From Candidatus Kaiserbacteria bacterium (GTDB lineage: Bacteria; Patescibacteriota; Minisyncoccia; Phycocordibacterales; Phycocordibacteraceae), in assembly GCA_026396715.1 (NCBI GenBank), contig JAPLWH010000014.1:8063-72062 (forward strand): a DNA stretch of 64,000 bases, given 5' to 3'. The notes beneath the pieces are model-generated. The model was not told the origin of the DNA. It was given only the letters and a program-made list of their open reading frames with translations, and made no database searches. The position numbers were made by a program, and so were the translations under genes. Shown here in pieces: positions 8,661-18,347 of the stretch. How positions within the stretch are numbered: the stretch's first letter is position 1; each line of letters begins with the position of its first letter.

Positions 8661-10337
8661 ATGGACTTACCTTTTGATATTGAACACGAGACGACGAAGC
8701 TCGCCCAAGTGCGCGAACGCGAAGAAGAGGATCTCGCGCAGATACTTGCGGAGAAATACGATGCGTCCTATGTCGACCTCTCCCTTAAAGAAATAGACAA
8801 CGACGCGCTCCGCATCATTCCTGAGGAACAGGCACGCGCAGCCGAAGCAGCCGCCTTTGCGAAAGCAGCGAAGACGATTTCTCTTGCGATACATAATCCG
8901 AACAACCCGGCACTCGCCACGCTCATCGAAGACCTCGCTACGCGCGGATTTTTAGTACACAAATTTCTTGTCTCGAAGAAAAGCCTTGAGAAAGTACTTG
9001 AACGCTATAAGGACCTCTCGTACGAGACCGTATCGAAAGCGGGCGTCTTCATCGTTACTCCAGAGATTCTGGGAAAAATCATGCGCGATGGCAGCGGTCG
9101 CAAAACGCTCGAACAGGAACTTAATGCCGCAACGACCCTCAAGACGCTTGAACGAGTCTCTCGCATCCTGGAACTTGTCCTCGCGGGCTCTTTCGCTCTT
9201 CGTGCGTCCGACATCCACTTCGAGCCGCGAGAAGAGACAACCTTGCTCCGTCTGCGTATCGACGGACTCCTTTCTGACACCTACTTCTTCGACCCGGCAA
9301 CTTACCACCAACTCAACTCGCGCATCAAGCTTCTCTCGGGCGTGAAATTCAACGTTACCAACCGGGCACAAGATGGCCGCTTCAGCATCGTGAAGGGTGC
9401 GAGCCAAATCGAGATGCGCGTGTCCTTCATTCCCGGCAACTACGGCGAATCCATCGTAATGCGTATTCTTGATCCCGAGTCCACGAAAGTTTCCTACAAA
9501 GAGCTCGGTATTCCTCCAAAACTCCTTGCTCGACTCGAGGCCGAGATTCGCCGACCGAACGGCATGTTGCTAACCACTGGCCCAACAGGATCCGGTAAGA
9601 CGACGACGCTCTACTCCTTCCTCCGCGAGATTCATTCGCCAGAAATCAAGATCATCACGATCGAAGACCCGGTCGAGTATCACCTCGAAGGAATCGTGCA
9701 GACGCAAGTCGAAGGAGAGAAATATACCTTTGCCGAAGGACTTAAATCGATCGTGCGTCAGGACCCCGACATCATCATGGTCGGAGAAATCCGCGACGGC
9801 GAGACGGCCAATATCGCCATCCAAGCGGCGCTCACGGGCCACTTCGTCTTCTCGACACTCCACACGAACAATGCCGCAGGCACCTTCCCGCGCCTCGTCG
9901 ACCTCGGCGCGGACTCCCGCTCATTCGGCTCAGCGGTTACCGTCTCAATGGCGCAGCGCCTCATCCGTAAACTGCATCCAGACAAGAAGAAAGAACGCTC
10001 GCTCACAGATGACGAGAAAAAGATGATTGCAAAAGTATTTGAAACGCTTACCGACAAATCGCTGATTCCAGAAAAAATAGAGACCGTGTGGGAGCCGGCA
10101 CCGACCGATGTCGATGATACGGGCTACAAAGGCCGCGTCGGCTTGTATGAAGCGATCTTCATGGACGATGAGCTCGCAAATTTTGTCCGCGACAATCCGC
10201 CTGAAAATGAAATCGCGAAATTGGCGGCGAAACAGGGCTATCTCACCATGGCGCAAGACGGCATCATTAAAGCCCTAAACGGCGTCACCTCCCTCTCCGA
10301 AGTCGCCGCGACCGTCGATCTCCCGCGAGTCTTTTAA
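8661..10337 (+). CDS. pilB: type IV pilus assembly / type II secretion ATPase PilB/GspE (copy 1)
   Basis: GspII_E N-terminal domain. Walker A TTGPTGSGKTTT. Motif IMVGEIRD. Confidence 0.9.
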   Translation: MDLPFDIEHETTKLAQVREREEEDLAQILAEKYDASYVDLSLKEIDNDALRIIPEEQARAAEAAAFAKAAKTISLAIHNPNNPALATLIEDLATRGFLVHKFLVSKKSLEKVLERYKDLSYETVSKAGVFIVTPEILGKIMRDGSGRKTLEQELNAATTLKTLERVSRILELVLAGSFALRASDIHFEPREETTLLRLRIDGLLSDTYFFDPATYHQLNSRIKLLSGVKFNVTNRAQDGRFSIVKGASQIEMRVSFIPGNYGESIVMRILDPESTKVSYKELGIPPKLLARLEAEIRRPNGMLLTTGPTGSGKTTTLYSFLREIHSPEIKIITIEDPVEYHLEGIVQTQVEGEKYTFAEGLKSIVRQDPDIIMVGEIRDGETANIAIQAALTGHFVFSTLHTNNAAGTFPRLVDLGADSRSFGSAVTVSMAQRLIRKLHPDKKKERSLTDDEKKMIAKVFETLTDKSLIPEKIETVWEPAPTDVDDTGYKGRVGLYEAIFMDDELANFVRDNPPENEIAKLAAKQGYLTMAQDGIIKALNGVTSLSEVAATVDLPRVF

Positions 10338-10380
10338 AGACCTAAAATAAAAAATCATCCCATACCTGTGGATGATTACG

Positions 10381-10481
10381 CTGACCTCTCTTCCCGTCCA
10401 TATGATTACATATGAACACTCGTTCGGCGCAGAACGATATGAGAACTGCTCGCATCGTTCTGACCTCTCTTCCCGTCCATA
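10381..10481. repeat. two 22-nt direct repeats (ctgacctctcttcccgtccata) 79 nt apart in the pilB-ruvB intergenic region
   Basis: Exact copies at about 10381-10402 and 10460-10481. Confidence 0.6.
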
Positions 10482-10751
10482 ATCCTCCAGGCAAAACCCG
10501 CAATTAAGCGGGGTGGGCGAGATACCTGAGGAGTTCCGCAGCGCCAGCACCGAAGTGCCGGACCACAAAGTCCTTGGGAAAACGCCCGAAGCCGTCAAGC
10601 CTTGCCTAGAGGATTATGAAAAGGATCTAAGGAAGTTTGTTATTCTGGAAGAATCACAAACGAACATTTACGTCCTGGCGATGACCTGCTCCCTCTTGGT
10701 CAATACCGTGACGTCAAAACTATGATAATATGCTAGCATCATCTCATTTTT

Positions 10752-11738
10752 ATGTCAACCCCCTCGGACGCCATTCTTCCCCTTATAAAGTCGCTAGATG
10801 CCGCACTGCGCCCCTCCCACTGGGACGAGTATGTCGGGCAAAAACAGGTGAAAGCAAACGTGCGTGTCGCAATCGATGCGGCGAAGAAGCGCGGCAGCAT
10901 GCCGGAACACATCCTCTTCTATGGTCCACCAGGAGTCGGTAAGACGACACTCGCCCACCTCGTCGCCGCAACGCTTGAGTCGCCGCTAAAGAGCACGTCT
11001 GGCGTCGCAATCGAACGCGCGGGCGACCTAGCCGCAGTCCTCACAAACCTCGAACCGAACACCGTCCTCTTCATCGACGAAATCCACCGCCTCTCGCGCA
11101 AGATCGAAGAACTCCTCTATCCGGCACTTGAGTCGGGACACCTCGACATCATCCTCGGGAAAGGTCCCTCGGCACGCACTATTGAACTAGCACTTCCACC
11201 CTTTACGCTCGTCGGTGCGACAACACGTGTTGCCGATCTTTCGGGCCCCCTCCGCTCACGCTTCGGTGGCGGAATCTACCAACTCGATTTTTATAATGAT
11301 GACGACCTGCGGGACATCATCCGTCGCTCGGCAGAGCTGCTAGGTCTCTCGGCACCCGAAGAGGTTATCGAGCGCATTGCTGCGAGAAGTCGCGCAACCC
11401 CCCGCATCGCGAACGCGCTTCTGAAGCGCGTTCGCGACTTTTCCGAAGTGCACGGACGGCCACTCTCCGCGGAGCTCTGCGATGAAGCTTGCGCACTTTT
11501 CGGCATCGATGCCCATGGCCTCACGAAAGATGACCGTCGCTATCTGGAAACACTCCTGCAGGGATTCCGCGGAGGTCCGGCTGGCGTTCGCGCTATCGCG
11601 GCGGCGCTGCATGAAGACCCCGATACAGTCGAGTACGTCTATGAGCCCTACCTCCTCCGCCTCGGCTTCATCGAACGCTCTTCTCGTGGCCGCATACTCA
11701 CCTCAAAAGGTCGCGCTTTTCTGCAAGACGGAGCATAA
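10752..11738 (+). CDS. ruvB: Holliday junction branch migration helicase RuvB
   Basis: Motifs YGPPGVGKTTLAHLVA and LFIDEIHRL. Winged-helix C-terminus. Confidence 0.95.
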   Translation: MSTPSDAILPLIKSLDAALRPSHWDEYVGQKQVKANVRVAIDAAKKRGSMPEHILFYGPPGVGKTTLAHLVAATLESPLKSTSGVAIERAGDLAAVLTNLEPNTVLFIDEIHRLSRKIEELLYPALESGHLDIILGKGPSARTIELALPPFTLVGATTRVADLSGPLRSRFGGGIYQLDFYNDDDLRDIIRRSAELLGLSAPEEVIERIAARSRATPRIANALLKRVRDFSEVHGRPLSAELCDEACALFGIDAHGLTKDDRRYLETLLQGFRGGPAGVRAIAAALHEDPDTVEYVYEPYLLRLGFIERSSRGRILTSKGRAFLQDGA

Positions 11739-11746
11739 TCAAGCCT

Positions 11747-12301
11747 ATGTCAGGACACAGCAAATGGTCCCAGATCAAACGTCAGAAGTCTGTCACTGAC
11801 GCTGCGCGGAGCCGCGTCTTCTCACGCTATGCGCGCCTCGTCACGCTCGAGTCAAAGAAAGCGAACGGACTCCTTTCGGCACCAGGACTTTCCATGGCTA
11901 TCACGCGTGCGAAAGCGGTGAACATGCCGAAAGAAAATATTGAACGTGCGGTCGCGAAAGGAACTTCGAAAGATTCAGGAAATCTCGAACAGGTCGTCTA
12001 TGAAGCCTACGGCCCGGGCGGCGTCGCGATCCTCGTCGATGCGTTTACCGACAACAAGAATAGGACGACGCAAGAGATAAAACATCTGCTCGTACTGCAC
12101 GACGTCGAGCTCGCTGCGCCCGGTGCGGCAAGCTGGGCCTTTACGAAAACCGGCGGCGTTTACGTGCCAAACGAACCACTCATTGACGTCATGGGAGAAG
12201 ATGAAAACAAGCTCGGAGCGATACTCGAAGCGCTTGACGAGCACGCCGATGTGCAACAGGTATTCACGAACGCACGCGGCTATGAGGATACTGGCGATTG
12301 A
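11747..12301 (+). CDS. yebC: YebC/PmpR family protein (short form)
   Basis: N-terminus MSGHSKWSQIKRQK and motif YEAYGPGGVAILV. 184 aa, shorter than the ~240 aa E. coli YebC. Confidence 0.75.
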   Translation: MSGHSKWSQIKRQKSVTDAARSRVFSRYARLVTLESKKANGLLSAPGLSMAITRAKAVNMPKENIERAVAKGTSKDSGNLEQVVYEAYGPGGVAILVDAFTDNKNRTTQEIKHLLVLHDVELAAPGAASWAFTKTGGVYVPNEPLIDVMGEDENKLGAILEALDEHADVQQVFTNARGYEDTGD

Positions 12302-12758
12302 TCCGGGCTACGATCGTCTCGGCATCGCCGTCGTCGAAGGAAATTCGTCGCGACCAGTGCTCATCATGAGCGAATGCGTGCGTCCGGAAAAAGGCACGCG
12401 GGCAGAACGCCTGGCAGACGTCGCGAACGCGATTACGAAAGCGATCAAAGACTACACTCCCGATGTGCTCGCTATCGAGACACTCTTTTTTAGTACCAAT
12501 AAAAAGACCGCACTTGGCGTCGCGGAAGCACGCGGAGCAATCCTCGCCGCCGCAGGCATCGCTTCCCTGCCGGTCATAGAGTGTTCACCGCAGCAAGTGA
12601 AGATTGCTGTTACTGGCCACGGTGGCGCAGACAAAGCCGCTATCGCGAACATGGTTCCACGACTCCTCCTTCTCCCAAAAAAGAAACGTTTTGATGATGA
12701 GCTGGACGCTATCGCCGTTGGCATTACCGCTCTGGCTTTCGGCCTTCCCCCGCACTAA
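12282..12758 (+). CDS. ruvC: crossover junction endodeoxyribonuclease RuvC
   Basis: MRILAIDPGYDRLGIAVVEG with the catalytic Asp/Glu pattern. Overlaps the yebC end by 20 nt. Confidence 0.85.
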   Translation: MRILAIDPGYDRLGIAVVEGNSSRPVLIMSECVRPEKGTRAERLADVANAITKAIKDYTPDVLAIETLFFSTNKKTALGVAEARGAILAAAGIASLPVIECSPQQVKIAVTGHGGADKAAIANMVPRLLLLPKKKRFDDELDAIAVGITALAFGLPPH

Positions 12759-12856
12759 TCCCCACCCGAACGCGAATCGGGACTTGCATGAGGAGAAAAT
12801 TTGTTTAAATATACCCGTTCCCGTGCCGGAATAACTTTTAATTATAATCCTAGCGT

Positions 12857-12955
12857 ATGGACGAAGAAGAACTCATGATTGATGATGGGAATCTGCTCGA
12901 TGAAGAGACCGAAACCCCCGAAGTAGAGACAGAAGAGGAGGAAGAGAATTATTAG
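12857..12955 (+). CDS. candidate mini-ORF encoding a 32-aa extremely acidic peptide (MDEEELMIDDGNLLDEETETPEVETEEEEENY)
   Basis: ATG-initiated frame not in the ORF track (under 60 aa). Followed directly by an 18-bp perfect palindrome. No SD. Confidence 0.2.
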   Translation: MDEEELMIDDGNLLDEETETPEVETEEEEENY

Positions 12956-12958
12956 ACG

Positions 12959-13000
12959 AAATCGCAGCGAGCTCTCAGGTAGGAGAGCTCGCTGCGATTT
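12959..13000. repeat. 18-bp perfect inverted repeat (aaatcgcagcgagctctc / gagagctcgctgcgattt), 6-nt loop
   Basis: Seen directly. Lies upstream of the PBP1A start. Confidence 0.8.
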
Positions 13001-13031
13001 TACGCTCTCGTGAGGGAGTGGCAGTGGTAGT

Positions 13032-15212
13032 ATGTGCACTATGTCTCTCTGGAAACACTACTCTTCCCGACATCCCATCCCTCTCTCAATAGCGCTCGCA
13101 CTCTTTGGTGTCGGATTCCTTATCGGCGGAGGGATTCTCCTTTTGGTCGCCACCACCCCCGTACCAGACATCGCTTCATTCTCCTCCCGACAAATCGATC
13201 AATCGACAAAAATCTATGATCGCACCGGGCAAGTACTGCTCTACGACTACAATAGGGACGCGAAACGCAACGTCGTCCCGCTTGCCTCCATTTCGCCGCA
13301 CACAATACATGCGACTATCGCGATCGAGGACTCTAGTTTTTATGAACATGGCGGCATCCGCTTCACGTCCATCCTTCGGGCGATCCTAATCGATGCACTC
13401 GGCGGTGCGCTCTCGCAGGGTGGCTCGACAATCACGCAGCAAGTCGTAAAAAATGAGCTGCTCACGAATAAAAAAAGTATCACACGCAAGATCAATGAAT
13501 GGATGCTCGCGATCAAGATGGAGCAAGCCTATTCAAAAGATCAGATCCTTGAGACCTACCTCAACAGTATCCCCTACGGCGGAACACTCTACGGCATCGA
13601 GGCTGCCGCGGGAACGTATTTCGGCAAGCCGGCAAAAGATCTCTCACTCGCGCAGGCCGCCTATCTCGCGGCGATGATCCAAGCCCCTTCTTACTACTCC
13701 CCATACGGAGCGCATAAAACCGAACTTGCCGCCCGTAAAGACCTCGTACTCGAGCGAATGCACACACTCGGTTTTATAGATGCTGCGGCGTACGCAGATG
13801 CGCGCGCAGAGACCGTATCCTTCGCACCGACCGGACAAACCTCGATCATCGTTGCGCCGCACTTCGTTTTCTACATCCTCAGCCAGCTCAAAGAAAAGTA
13901 CGGCTCGCCAGCTCTCATGTCGGGGCTGAAGGTCATCACAACGCTCGACGCGGATCTCGAGGTAAAAGCCGAATCAATCATAAATCAGTACGCGCTTGAA
14001 AACGTGAAGAAGTTCAAAGCGACAAATGCTTCGCTCGTCGCGCTCGACCCTCAGAGCGGCCAGATACTGGCGATGGTCGGCTCGCGGAATTTCTTTGATA
14101 AAGAGATTGATGGCCAATACAACGCCACACTCGCTTCGCGACAGCCGGGTTCCGCGATGAAGCCCTTCATCTATGCGCTCGCTCTTTTGCGCGGCTACAC
14201 GCGCGACACGGTTGTGTTCGACGTGCCGACACAGTTCTCAACCGCCTGTCAGCCATCGGACGTCACGAATAACATTCCCCCCTGCTACGCACCGGAAAAT
14301 TACGACGGGAACTTCCGTGGCCCGATGACATTCGAAACCGCGCTCGCGCAGTCGATCAACATCCCCGCTATCAAAGCTCTCTATTTGGTCGGCATACAAA
14401 ATGCTGTCGCATTTGCGAAGTCATTTGGCCTCGCAACGCTCGGCGATCCGAATCAGTACGGCCTCACGCTCGTGCTCGGCGGTGGCGAAGTCCACCTTCT
14501 CGATCTTACTGGCGCGTACGCCACCTTCGCGAATGAGGGCGTAAGAAATACGCCGACCGGCATACTCGAAGTCAGTGATGCAAGCGGTGCTGTTCTCGAC
14601 GGATACACCCCTCAACAATCAAGAGTGCTCCCCGCGACTATCGCAAACGATGTTTCCGCCATGCTCTCCGACGCACCGGCTCGTCTGCCGGAATACCCCC
14701 TCAACTCCCCTCTTTCATTCTCCGGATACGACGTCGCAGTAAAGACTGGTACGACAAACGACACTCGAGACGCATGGATCATCGGCTACACCCCCTCCAT
14801 CGCAATCGGTGTCTGGGCCGGAAACAACGACAACAGCGCCATGGTGAAGTCGGTCGCTGGTTTCATCGCAGCGCCAATGTGGCATGAAGTAATGGCCTAC
14901 GCGCTTTCAAAATACCCAAAGACGTATTTCAATGAGCCGAGCACCATCCTCGGCTCCGTTCCTCAAATGCTGCAAGGAAATTGGCGCATACCAGACCAGA
15001 ACGGATCCTTCACACCTCACAGCTTGCTGTATTGGACGGATAAAAACAGCCCTCAAGGTTCACCTTCTGCAAATCCCGCCGTAGATCCTCAATTCGCGTA
15101 TTGGGAGTATGGTATTGCGGCTTGGTATGCGAGCCATCCAGAACTTTTCTCAAATCCCCAGATATTCGTCCCTATCTCTTTTACTCAACCAGAACCGACA
15201 CTCCCTCTGTAG
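13032..15212 (+). CDS. mrcA: bifunctional penicillin-binding protein 1A (transglycosylase/transpeptidase)
   Basis: GT51 motifs (IEDSSFYEHGGI, GGSTITQQ). Transpeptidase motifs SAMKP (SxxK) and KTGTT. N-terminal TM anchor. Confidence 0.9.
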   Translation: MCTMSLWKHYSSRHPIPLSIALALFGVGFLIGGGILLLVATTPVPDIASFSSRQIDQSTKIYDRTGQVLLYDYNRDAKRNVVPLASISPHTIHATIAIEDSSFYEHGGIRFTSILRAILIDALGGALSQGGSTITQQVVKNELLTNKKSITRKINEWMLAIKMEQAYSKDQILETYLNSIPYGGTLYGIEAAAGTYFGKPAKDLSLAQAAYLAAMIQAPSYYSPYGAHKTELAARKDLVLERMHTLGFIDAAAYADARAETVSFAPTGQTSIIVAPHFVFYILSQLKEKYGSPALMSGLKVITTLDADLEVKAESIINQYALENVKKFKATNASLVALDPQSGQILAMVGSRNFFDKEIDGQYNATLASRQPGSAMKPFIYALALLRGYTRDTVVFDVPTQFSTACQPSDVTNNIPPCYAPENYDGNFRGPMTFETALAQSINIPAIKALYLVGIQNAVAFAKSFGLATLGDPNQYGLTLVLGGGEVHLLDLTGAYATFANEGVRNTPTGILEVSDASGAVLDGYTPQQSRVLPATIANDVSAMLSDAPARLPEYPLNSPLSFSGYDVAVKTGTTNDTRDAWIIGYTPSIAIGVWAGNNDNSAMVKSVAGFIAAPMWHEVMAYALSKYPKTYFNEPSTILGSVPQMLQGNWRIPDQNGSFTPHSLLYWTDKNSPQGSPSANPAVDPQFAYWEYGIAAWYASHPELFSNPQIFVPISFTQPEPTLPL

Positions 15213-15214
15213 GG

Positions 15215-16315
15215 CTACTGATTCATCGGAGAGACGAGATAGAGGAGTGAAGTGTCACCGACACCTTTTATAATGAGCGGGCGCCCTATCCCTGCAGCAA
15301 CCAGCGAGAGACTCTCGGATGAGGTTAGTGCCAACACTGCTGAAAGATACCTATGATTAAAAGAAAGCTCGAGGGCACTCCCTGTTATCTGCGCATTCAG
15401 CGCTTCTACTGATTCTCCAACGTCTGCATTTCGCGCAAAGAGAGAGAACGTATTTTTCTTAGGATCAAAACTCATACGTACTTTTTGAAAAGAATCAGAA
15501 AAGATTGTTGTTCTCTTTAAAGCACTTTCAAAATCCTTCCTGAGCACAACCGCCTCTACGATTGATTCTTTCGGTATGATCTGCCGATAGTCAGGATATA
15601 CCGCATTGGTGAGACGAGAGACCACCATTCCCATATCGCCAACAAAGGCACACTGATGCTCATCAAATGACATGATGATGTCGTTATCCGGCAGTGCTTG
15701 CGCTATATCAAGCGCGTTTTTCGCCGGAATAAGGAATTTCCCTTGAGTCCCCTTATTTGTCAGAGGAATTTTTTTCTCCGCGAGTCTGAAAGAATCCGTC
15801 GCAACCGCCGTCATTACTCCCCCTTCAATAGAAAGATAGATACTCGCTAATTCAGGACGGACTGTTGAGGAAGATGCGCAGGAGGCGATGGAAGTAAATA
15901 AAGAACGGAGAAGAACTCCAGGAAGCACGATTCTATTTTTAGGGTTTTCAGGAAACGGTATAGATGGAAAATCTTCATAAGGAATCGTCTTTATAGAACT
16001 TTTACTATTTCCACTTATTATGGAAATAGTATCGCCCGTATGTTCAATAGTTATTTTTCCTTCTTGAGTAAAAGAGCCGGCAATTTGTTGTAATATCGTC
16101 GCCGGAATAGCAACAACTCCTTTTGTTATACACACTCCTTCAATTTTAAGATCAATACCTGTCTCAAGATTTGTTGCGCGCATCTTTATACCCTCATCCC
16201 CTGCAATAATAAGTATTGAGGAAAGTGCTGGCAGCGTCGCACTCTTTCTTTCAGCAAATCGAGCGACCGTATGCACAGCCTCTGAGAATTTCTTTTTTTC
16301 TATGGAAATAATCAT
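15215..16315 (-). CDS. dnaN: DNA polymerase III beta sliding clamp
   Basis: 366 aa with three-domain clamp organisation. Located downstream of dnaA. Confidence 0.9.
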   Translation of the reverse strand: MIISIEKKKFSEAVHTVARFAERKSATLPALSSILIIAGDEGIKMRATNLETGIDLKIEGVCITKGVVAIPATILQQIAGSFTQEGKITIEHTGDTISIISGNSKSSIKTIPYEDFPSIPFPENPKNRIVLPGVLLRSLFTSIASCASSSTVRPELASIYLSIEGGVMTAVATDSFRLAEKKIPLTNKGTQGKFLIPAKNALDIAQALPDNDIIMSFDEHQCAFVGDMGMVVSRLTNAVYPDYRQIIPKESIVEAVVLRKDFESALKRTTIFSDSFQKVRMSFDPKKNTFSLFARNADVGESVEALNAQITGSALELSFNHRYLSAVLALTSSESLSLVAAGIGRPLIIKGVGDTSLLYLVSPMNQ

Positions 16316-16520
16316 ACGATTCTTATTAGGGCTGTTGATAAGTGGATAAATAAGAAATACGCTTTAGGTGCGCGGTATTTAGCGCTGAGTATTTTACGTA
16401 AGGTGTTAATAGGTACTGGGTAGATGTCATACAAGAAGGGTGCGAATATTTTGAATCTCTTGTAAGAGGTCACTATCCACAAGCATTTCTCGCTTTATCT
16501 TCTCACAGGAGTGGATAACT
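16316..16520. promoter_or_regulatory. candidate replication origin (oriC): AT-rich dnaA-dnaN spacer with DnaA-box-like 9-mers
   Basis: agtggataa (16341-49), ctatccaca (16473-81) and gtggataac (16511-19) match TTATCCACA with at most 1 mismatch. The spacer is AT-rich. It sits in the classic dnaA/dnaN position. Confidence 0.5.
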
Positions 16521-17776
16521 GTCGTGTGATCACGGCCACCGAGTTTTGTGCCGATCGTTGGGTAGGATATATGAAAATCCTCACGGAGGATATACATGAT
16601 GATCTGACGCGGGCGGACCACTTCCCTACGGCGGGTCTTCTCATAAATACTTTCCTCATCAATACCGTAGAATTCAGCCACTTTATCGACGACATTTTTC
16701 ACGGAAATATTTTTCTGGGGGCGGCTAAATGAGCGAAGGGATTGGCGTACTTCCGCGATATCCGGCGCGAGACCCTTCACTTGTGCCTGACAGATGATGC
16801 TATTTACCATACCTTCCAATTCCCGTATGGAGCCATTCATAGAGGTTGCGACGTATTCAATCACCTCATTCGAGAGTAATACGCCGTGAGAGGCCGCCTT
16901 CTTGCGTACAATGGCCATACGAGACTCTGGGTCAGGCTCACCTATGTCCACAGCCATACCACTCGCGAGACGGCCTTTTAGGCGCTCAGCGATATCAGGT
17001 ATGGCTGATGGAGGGCGATCGGAAGAGAAGATGATCTGCTTGTTCGTATCATAGAGTGCATTAAAGAGATGGAAGAGTTCTTCCTGCGTCTTTTCCTTTT
17101 TAGAGAGGAATTGGACGTCATCCATAATAAGGAGGTCGTACTGGCGGTATTTGTCTTTGAAACGGTTTGCGGTTCCCGCCTGCACCGAGTCGGTGTAATC
17201 GACGACGAATTTTTCCGACGTGAGATAGAACACTTTCCGTCCTTGATACTGCTTCTTGTACTGATTGCCGATCGCTTGGATGAGGTGTGTCTTCCCTCGC
17301 CCAGTATCGCCGTAGATGAAGAGTGGATTGTAGGTGATTCCGGGTCGCTCAAGCGCTGCGTGAGCCGCTGCGTAGGCGAGATTATTGAAGGAGCCGATGA
17401 CGAAGGTCTCAAATGTGTAGCGCGGATTTAGATTGTCGCTCTTGTTTATATAGAAATCCTCCAGAGGCAGTTCGAGCGCGCCACGTGTGTTCTTTACCTC
17501 TTTTGGCGCCTTACGATTCTCATCTTTCACGATGAGATACTCGATATTGCGGAATTCATAGGAGACGTCGCGGACAATCTTCAGTAAGAGGGTGTGAAAT
17601 TTCTTGAGATACCAGTCTTTGAAGAATTGGCTCGGGACGCCGACGAACAAAACGCCGTCTTCTATCTTAACGATGAAACTATTGCGGAACCAGGTGTTGA
17701 AATTTGCAGGAGAAATGGAAAGTTCGACTTGCGTAAGCATGTACTCCCATAACTCCTTCGGATCCCCTTTGTTCAT
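16427..17776 (-). CDS. dnaA: chromosomal replication initiator DnaA
   Basis: AAA+ motifs (FIYGDTGRGKTHL, LLIMDDVQFL) and the C-terminal DnaA-box binding domain. Start at MNKGDPKELW. Confidence 0.95.
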   Translation of the reverse strand: MNKGDPKELWEYMLTQVELSISPANFNTWFRNSFIVKIEDGVLFVGVPSQFFKDWYLKKFHTLLLKIVRDVSYEFRNIEYLIVKDENRKAPKEVKNTRGALELPLEDFYINKSDNLNPRYTFETFVIGSFNNLAYAAAHAALERPGITYNPLFIYGDTGRGKTHLIQAIGNQYKKQYQGRKVFYLTSEKFVVDYTDSVQAGTANRFKDKYRQYDLLIMDDVQFLSKKEKTQEELFHLFNALYDTNKQIIFSSDRPPSAIPDIAERLKGRLASGMAVDIGEPDPESRMAIVRKKAASHGVLLSNEVIEYVATSMNGSIRELEGMVNSIICQAQVKGLAPDIAEVRQSLRSFSRPQKNISVKNVVDKVAEFYGIDEESIYEKTRRREVVRPRQIIMYILREDFHISYPTIGTKLGGRDHTTVIHSCEKIKREMLVDSDLLQEIQNIRTLLV

Positions 17777-17875
17777 GGTGCTTTGGAGTATACGCTTCTT
17801 CCGCAGACAAGGCACTCTGGCGTTTCGGGGAGAACCTGTTAGTATCATGTGCACAACCTAATTTGTTGACTTCCT

Positions 17876-18013
17876 ATGTCCAAACGAACCTACCAGCCGA
17901 AGAAACGTAAGCGTGCAACAACGCACGGTTTCCTCGTGCGCTCGAAAACGAGCTCCGGCCGCAAGATTTTGCAGGGTCGTCGTCGTATCGGTCGCGCAAG
18001 CCTCTCGGTTTAA
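17876..18013 (+). CDS. rpmH: 50S ribosomal protein L34
   Basis: [45 protein letters not shown]. Not in the ORF track because it is under 60 aa. Confidence 0.85.
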   Translation: MSKRTYQPKKRKRATTHGFLVRSKTSSGRKILQGRRRIGRASLSV

Positions 18014-18018
18014 TCTCC

Positions 18019-18330
18019 GTGTTCCCGCAAAGAGAGCGGCTTCCTCGTGCGAAGTTCCCCGCGGCGCTCTCAAGCGGCCGGCGACTCTCCTCGGTGAACT
18101 TCTCCGTCGTCCTTCCTAAAGAGGCTCACGGCTACGCGGTTATCGTGTCTAAAAAGGTCGCGCGCCTCTCGGTTACCCGGCATCTTATAAAGCGACGGGT
18201 GCTTGTGACACTGCGCGCCCTCGCTCCCCGGCCTCCCGCACTTATCGTTTTCCCAAAAGCACCCGTCAGCAAGATGTCGGTGCAGGATATCAAGGCGGAA
18301 CTCGCGGTCCTTCTTTCTAAAATTCGGTAG
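18019..18330 (+). CDS. rnpA: ribonuclease P protein component
   Basis: Basic ~100-aa protein directly downstream of rpmH, with the RnpA-like FP.RERL N-terminus. Confidence 0.7.
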   Translation: MFPQRERLPRAKFPAALSSGRRLSSVNFSVVLPKEAHGYAVIVSKKVARLSVTRHLIKRRVLVTLRALAPRPPALIVFPKAPVSKMSVQDIKAELAVLLSKIR

Positions 18331-18347
18331 TAGCGTAGAATGGCTTT

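Noticed and set aside
10381-10481. Possible CRISPR array (22-nt direct repeats)
   Set aside because: Only two repeat copies with one 57-nt spacer, and no cas genes in the window.
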